64,000 nucleotides of DNA from NCBI GenBank assembly GCA_965228475.1, contig OZ245817.1, forward strand, positions 3,296,001 to 3,360,000, written 5' to 3'. Positions 59,848-64,000 of this stretch are shown piece after piece. The notes beneath the pieces were generated by a model that worked only from the letters and a program-made list of their open reading frames with translations, did no database searches and was not told the origin of the DNA. Each line of letters opens with the position of its first letter. Positions within the stretch are counted from its first letter, which is position 1. This stretch comes from Myxococcota bacterium. GTDB lineage: Bacteria > Myxococcota_A > UBA9160 > JAFDDA01. A program made the translations under genes and the position numbers.

Positions 59848-60516
59848 CTAGCGCGTCAGCCGGTGGTACACGACCAGGTACAGGAACTTCACGAACTCCC
59901 GGAGATGGTTCATCTCCGAGACGCCCTTGCTGCGCGGGTGGTAGCCGGCCGGCACCTCGGCGACGCGGGTGCCGCGGCGCGCCGTCACCGCCGTGAGCTC
60001 GAGGATGTAGTCGAAGCCGGGCCGCCGATAGGTGTCCGGGTCGAGCACCTCGCGCCGGAAGCCGCGGATGCCGGTGTAGATGTCCGTCATGCCCTGGGCG
60101 AAGAGCAGATTGAACAGGCTCGTCAGGAAGCGGTTGCCCCAGTAGCGCGGGAAACCCATGTCGCCCCGGTCCGGCCCGAGGATGCGCGAGCCGTAGACGG
60201 CACCTTCGGTCTCGAGCGCGGCGGCGATGGCCGGGACGTCCTCGGGCAGGTACTCGAGGTCGGCGTCGATCATCACGACCTTCTCGCCGGTGCCGGCGCG
60301 CACGCCGTCCACGAGCGACTGGCCGTAGCCGAGGTTTTCGTCGTGGCGCACGAGGACGACGCCGCCGTCCTCGGCCAGGAGCTCCGCCGTCCGGTCCGTC
60401 GACGCGTTGTCGACGAAGATCAGCGTGGCCTCGGGGCAGGCGCGGCGCAGGCGCTCGAGAAGCTCGGCGACGTGCATCTCTTCGTTGTAGATCGGAACGA
60501 CGATGTCGACCGTCAC
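59848..60516 (-). CDS. GT2 glycosyltransferase (DPM synthase-like)
   Basis: IVVPIYNEE, FVDNASTD, HDENLGYG, IDADLEY.P, VYGSR, TDIYTG. Confidence 0.9.
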   Translation of the reverse strand: MTVDIVVPIYNEEMHVAELLERLRRACPEATLIFVDNASTDRTAELLAEDGGVVLVRHDENLGYGQSLVDGVRAGTGEKVVMIDADLEYLPEDVPAIAAALETEGAVYGSRILGPDRGDMGFPRYWGNRFLTSLFNLLFAQGMTDIYTGIRGFRREVLDPDTYRRPGFDYILELTAVTARRGTRVAEVPAGYHPRSKGVSEMNHLREFVKFLYLVVYHRLTR

Positions 60517-60665
60517 GCGGGCCCCCGGAAACGCGAGCCCAGCGGCCCGGCGGCGCGTAGGATGGCACGTCGGCGTCTCGGCCGCAGGGTGCGGCCGCCC
60601 TGCGCAGCGCCTGCACGCCCGTGTGCGATTGCCCGGGCCTCGGACCGACGGCTACACTTCGCGCC

Positions 60666-60695
60666 ATGACCGACCTGGTGGGCGTGACTCCGTGA
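60666..60695 (+). CDS. Putative 9-aa leaderless upstream ORF (MTDLVGVTP)
   Basis: ATG lies 7 nt after TACACT (60653..60658). Its TGA overlaps GTG 60692. The peptide copies the downstream N-terminus MTDLVGVIP. Confidence 0.55.
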   Translation: MTDLVGVTP

Positions 60696-60718
60696 CCGAC
60701 CTGGTGGGCGTGATTCCG
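60667..60718 (+). repeat. 26-bp tandem duplication at a gene start
   Basis: TGACCGACCTGGTGGGCGTGA(C/T)TCCG twice, 25/26 identical. Confidence 0.95.
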
Positions 60719-62203
60719 GCGGCGGGCAAGGGCGTCCGGGCGTATCCGTACACCGAGTCCCTCCCGAAGTGCATGCTCGAGATCGACGGCGTGCCGCTGC
60801 TTCGCCGCAACCTCGAACGCATGCGCGACGCGCTCGGCATCCGCCGCGTGCGCATCGTCATCGGCCACCACGGCGAACACATCCGCGAGTACGTGGGCGA
60901 CGGCGGTTGGCTCGGCCTCGAGATCGAGCTGATCGAGAACGAGCACCTCGACCGCGAGCTCGCCTACTCGATCTACCTGGGCACGCGGGGCGTCGACGTG
61001 CCGTGCCTGGTGATGCTCTCGGACGAGTGCTACGTGGGCGCGGACCACGCCGCACTCGCTGCCCAGGCTGCCCCCGACGCACTGGCCGTCTGCGGGCTCA
61101 TGCGCAGCACGAGCCGCGCCCAGGTCCGCCGCAACTACGTCGTGGAAGAGCGCGACGGCCGGGTGGTCGACCTGATCGAGAAGCCCGAGGACGGCCTCGC
61201 CCAGTGGATGGGCGTCGGGACGTACCTGCTCCGGCCGGGAACGGTGCGTCGGCTCGAAGCGGCCTTCGAAGGCCCGGCCTCCGGCTGGCCGAAGGATTGG
61301 ACCAGCTGGCTCGGCGAACTCGCCCGGGCGGGCGCACCCATCGGCGCCCACCGGCTCGAAGGCGAATACGTGAACGTGAACGACCGCGAGGCCCTGAACC
61401 AGGCCAACCACCTCGTGCGCAACCGCGACTTCGAATCGCGCACGGCAAGCCTCGTCTACGTGGTCGACGACGCCGAGGATCGCATCGAGGAGTCGGTGCT
61501 GGCCTTCGCCGAGGCGCCCGAACTCTCCGAGGTCGTGGTGGCCGCACGGCGGCCCTCCGCCGCCCTCGACGCCGCCGGCCGCCACCCGAAGGTCCGTCTC
61601 TTCGTCCACGAGGAAGCGGGCGTTCCCCTCGGCGTGCTCACCCGGGAAGCCCTCGACCTCGCGAGCGGCGACATCCTGCTCACGGCCTACAGCGACGACT
61701 CCTGCGCCCCGCGCGATCTCGCGAAGCTGCTCGTCTACGTGCGCGACGCGGACCTCGTCGTCGGAACCCGCACCACGCGTCAGATGATCGAGCAGGGCTC
61801 GAACATGCGCGGCCTCGCACGCGCGGCCCACATCCTTCTTGCGAAGCTGCTCGAGACGCTCTGGTGGCGCTTCGATTCGCGCTTCACCGACGTCGCCTGC
61901 GTGTACCGTGCGTTCTGGCGGAGCACCTGGACGCTCATCCGCGACGAGCTCGACAGCCCGGGCGTCGAGATCTTCCCCGAGATGGTGATCGAGGTGCTGC
62001 GGGCGCGGCGCCGTGTGATCGAGATCCCGGTCCACTACTGCGTGCCGAGCAGCGAGCTCGAGTACGTCCCGTCGAAGTACCAGAACGCCGCGACCTTCCT
62101 GCGCGTGGTGACCCTGCTGGTTCGCAAGCGGCTCACGGCACCCGGCGCCTCACGCGTCCGGCGCGCACCGGCCCTCCGGGCGGGCGGCGGGCCGCCTTCA
62201 TGA
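60692..62203 (+). CDS. Sugar-phosphate nucleotidyltransferase fused to a degenerate GT2 domain
   Basis: GVIPAAGKG.R..P.T..LPK.ML, LIEKP, Y.NVN, then a GT2-like half with DLVVGTR, FTDVAC.YRAF, EIPV.Y. Confidence 0.88.
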   Translation: MTDLVGVIPAAGKGVRAYPYTESLPKCMLEIDGVPLLRRNLERMRDALGIRRVRIVIGHHGEHIREYVGDGGWLGLEIELIENEHLDRELAYSIYLGTRGVDVPCLVMLSDECYVGADHAALAAQAAPDALAVCGLMRSTSRAQVRRNYVVEERDGRVVDLIEKPEDGLAQWMGVGTYLLRPGTVRRLEAAFEGPASGWPKDWTSWLGELARAGAPIGAHRLEGEYVNVNDREALNQANHLVRNRDFESRTASLVYVVDDAEDRIEESVLAFAEAPELSEVVVAARRPSAALDAAGRHPKVRLFVHEEAGVPLGVLTREALDLASGDILLTAYSDDSCAPRDLAKLLVYVRDADLVVGTRTTRQMIEQGSNMRGLARAAHILLAKLLETLWWRFDSRFTDVACVYRAFWRSTWTLIRDELDSPGVEIFPEMVIEVLRARRRVIEIPVHYCVPSSELEYVPSKYQNAATFLRVVTLLVRKRLTAPGASRVRRAPALRAGGGPPS

Positions 62204-63021
62204 GCACGCCCGAAGCCAACTCGCCGGACCGCGACGCGCACTTCCGCCAGCTCGAACGGGCCTGGCAGGAAGAAGTGGGCCAGCACCTGCTCGACGTCCC
62301 GCACGAATCGCCCGGCTCGGCGCTCGTCTTCGAGCGGCAGTTCGCCCGGGTGATCGAACACCTCGACCTCTCGCCCGGCGGCGTGATCGCCGAGGTGGGC
62401 TGTGGCAAGGGGCACTTCCTCGCACAGGTCGCACGCGAAGCCGGCCCGGGCGGAGCCACCGTGGTCGGCATCGACCTCTCGAGCGCCGTGCTCGCCCTGC
62501 CCGGCAAGGGACTCGCGGGCCTGAAGGCCGACGGCGAGGGCCTCCCCTTCGCCGACGGAAGCCTGCGCGCCATGGTCTACGACGGCGCCCTCCACCACCT
62601 GATCGACTACCGCGCGGCACTCCACGATGCCTACCGCACCCTCGCCCCGGGCGGCCGCATCGTCATCTTCGAGCCGGTCTCCTCGCCCTTCACGCGCTTC
62701 GTCCACCGCGTGCTCGACCCCTTCGTCTTCCAGCAGGTCGAGTACGAATCGCCGATCGACCAGGAGTACAAGCACGCCTTCCTCGAGGCTCCGGTGCTCG
62801 AGACCCTCGACGAGCTCGGCATGCCCTACACCCTCGAGCGCAGCGACGCCCTCGCCTACCCGCTCACCGGTTGCTACGCCGGCTCGGTCTTCGCGCGCTC
62901 GCTGCCGCTCATGCGCTTCGTGATGACGCTCGAGTCGATCGGCGAGCGCATTCCCCTCGTGCGCGGCCTGCTCCGCTTCGCATCGTGGCGGTTCCTCGTC
63001 GTCGCGACCAAGCCGGCCTAG
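62200..63021 (+). CDS. Class I SAM-dependent methyltransferase
   Basis: EVGCGKG, VGIDLS, ADGE.LPFADGS, ALHHL.D, L.PGG.IVIFEP. ATGA overlap. Confidence 0.92.
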   Translation: MSTPEANSPDRDAHFRQLERAWQEEVGQHLLDVPHESPGSALVFERQFARVIEHLDLSPGGVIAEVGCGKGHFLAQVAREAGPGGATVVGIDLSSAVLALPGKGLAGLKADGEGLPFADGSLRAMVYDGALHHLIDYRAALHDAYRTLAPGGRIVIFEPVSSPFTRFVHRVLDPFVFQQVEYESPIDQEYKHAFLEAPVLETLDELGMPYTLERSDALAYPLTGCYAGSVFARSLPLMRFVMTLESIGERIPLVRGLLRFASWRFLVVATKPA

Positions 63022-63042
63022 CCGCTTGGCGGCGCGGATCTC

Positions 63043-64000
63043 GTGACGACGCGGATCTCGGCGCAGGCGCTCACCCGCTGGCAGGCGCTCGTGCTCCTGG
63101 CCGTCGCCGCCGGCAGCGCGGCCATCTGGCTCTACGCCACGCGGGTGTCGGACGCCGTCGTCTACCTCGAGCCGGACCCGGCCGCGCAGTGGATCGCCTC
63201 GGCCCAGCCCGCATCCCTGCAGCCCGTGCGGATCCCGCGGGACGAGCCCTTCGTCGCACGGTTCGGCACGCGCTTCGAGGTCCGGGGGCCCGAAGGCGCG
63301 GAGGCGCGGCTTCGCGTGCGCGCGGTCCGCGGACTCGAACTCTTCCTGAACGACCGGCCCGTTCCGCTCGAGGGGCGGGACCCGGCCCGCTGGAAGCAGG
63401 AGAGCACGGTCGACGTTTCGGAGCACCTCGTCCCGGGCTCGAACCACCTCGTCGCGGTGGTCAGCAACTTCGAGGGCCCGGCGCTGCTCTGGCTCGCCAT
63501 CGAGGGGCTCGGCCAGCCCGTCGCGAGCGGGCGCGGCTGGTGGATCGAGCACCCGGACCGGAACGTCCCCGCGCGCTACGCGATCGACGTGCGGCGCGTA
63601 CCGCGGGCCGACCAGGCGCCGACGCCCGCCGAGGGCCTGCGCGCCCGGGCGGGGCCGCTCGCCGCCGCCTTCCTGCTGTGCGCCCTCCCCGTCTGGCTCC
63701 TGCCGGCGGGGGCGCGAAGGAGCGCCGAACGCCACGCCGTCGCGATCGCGGCCGGCGCCGTCGCGCTCTTCTGGGCGGTGCTCTACGCGACCAAGGCGGC
63801 GCACTTTCCCGCGACCCTCGGCTTCGACGTGAACGGCCACTACGAGTACCTGCGCTTCCTGGCCGAGGAGCGGCGCATCCCCATCGCCTCGGACGGCTGG
63901 TCGACCTTCCACCCGCCCCTCTACTACGTGGCGACCGCCGCGCTGCGTGGGCTGTTCGGCTCGGCCCAGGGCGAAACCCTCGACGGGTTCGTCCTTCACT
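63043..64000 (+). CDS. Membrane GT-C-like glycosyltransferase with N-terminal beta-sandwich domain (3'-partial)
   Basis: Absent from the ORF track because it has no stop in the window. Hand translation gives a TM helix, LFLND...DVS.HL.PG.N.L.V, further TMs, and GFD..GH..Y......P..DGW..FHPPLYY. Confidence 0.8.
   Translation, partial: MTTRISAQALTRWQALVLLAVAAGSAAIWLYATRVSDAVVYLEPDPAAQWIASAQPASLQPVRIPRDEPFVARFGTRFEVRGPEGAEARLRVRAVRGLELFLNDRPVPLEGRDPARWKQESTVDVSEHLVPGSNHLVAVVSNFEGPALLWLAIEGLGQPVASGRGWWIEHPDRNVPARYAIDVRRVPRADQAPTPAEGLRARAGPLAAAFLLCALPVWLLPAGARRSAERHAVAIAAGAVALFWAVLYATKAAHFPATLGFDVNGHYEYLRFLAEERRIPIASDGWSTFHPPLYYVATAALRGLFGSAQGETLDGFVLH

Overview
High-GC, gene-dense bacterial window with about 52 CDS and one tRNA-Ser(CGA). 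The stand-alone mitochondrial-like EF-G, PEP-CTERM proteins and sigma-54 promoters suggest a Myxococcota/Deltaproteobacteria-like host (inference only). The left third is housekeeping and energy metabolism: gdhA, an ECF sigma/anti-sigma pair, fusA, nfi, infA, and a ppk2-ppk1-giant dikinase-atypical GAPDH block. After the tRNA (24-42 kb) comes a cell-surface region with a Wzx flippase, an FrhB-like protein, GT2 + GT-C glycosylation modules and four PEP-CTERM genes, two sigma-54 promoter regions of which share a 14-bp upstream motif. The right part has regulators, a pectinacetylesterase-like protein, a carboxyltransferase, a P450, IDH, an autotransporter, a sulfatase-like protein and a third glycosylation module beside a B12 radical SAM enzyme. 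Most unusual: (1) one ORF (40813..42255) built like a polyprotein of two PEP-CTERM proteins, with an internal sorting signal followed directly by a second signal peptide; (2) tiny upstream ORFs, two apparently leaderless, that are near-copies of the next gene's N-terminus and overlap it by GTGA; (3) a PPDK-like dikinase with a ~890-aa unknown N-terminal region and no pyruvate-binding barrel. No integrase, transposase, rRNA or CRISPR array was seen. All calls come from motif reading, without database searches.
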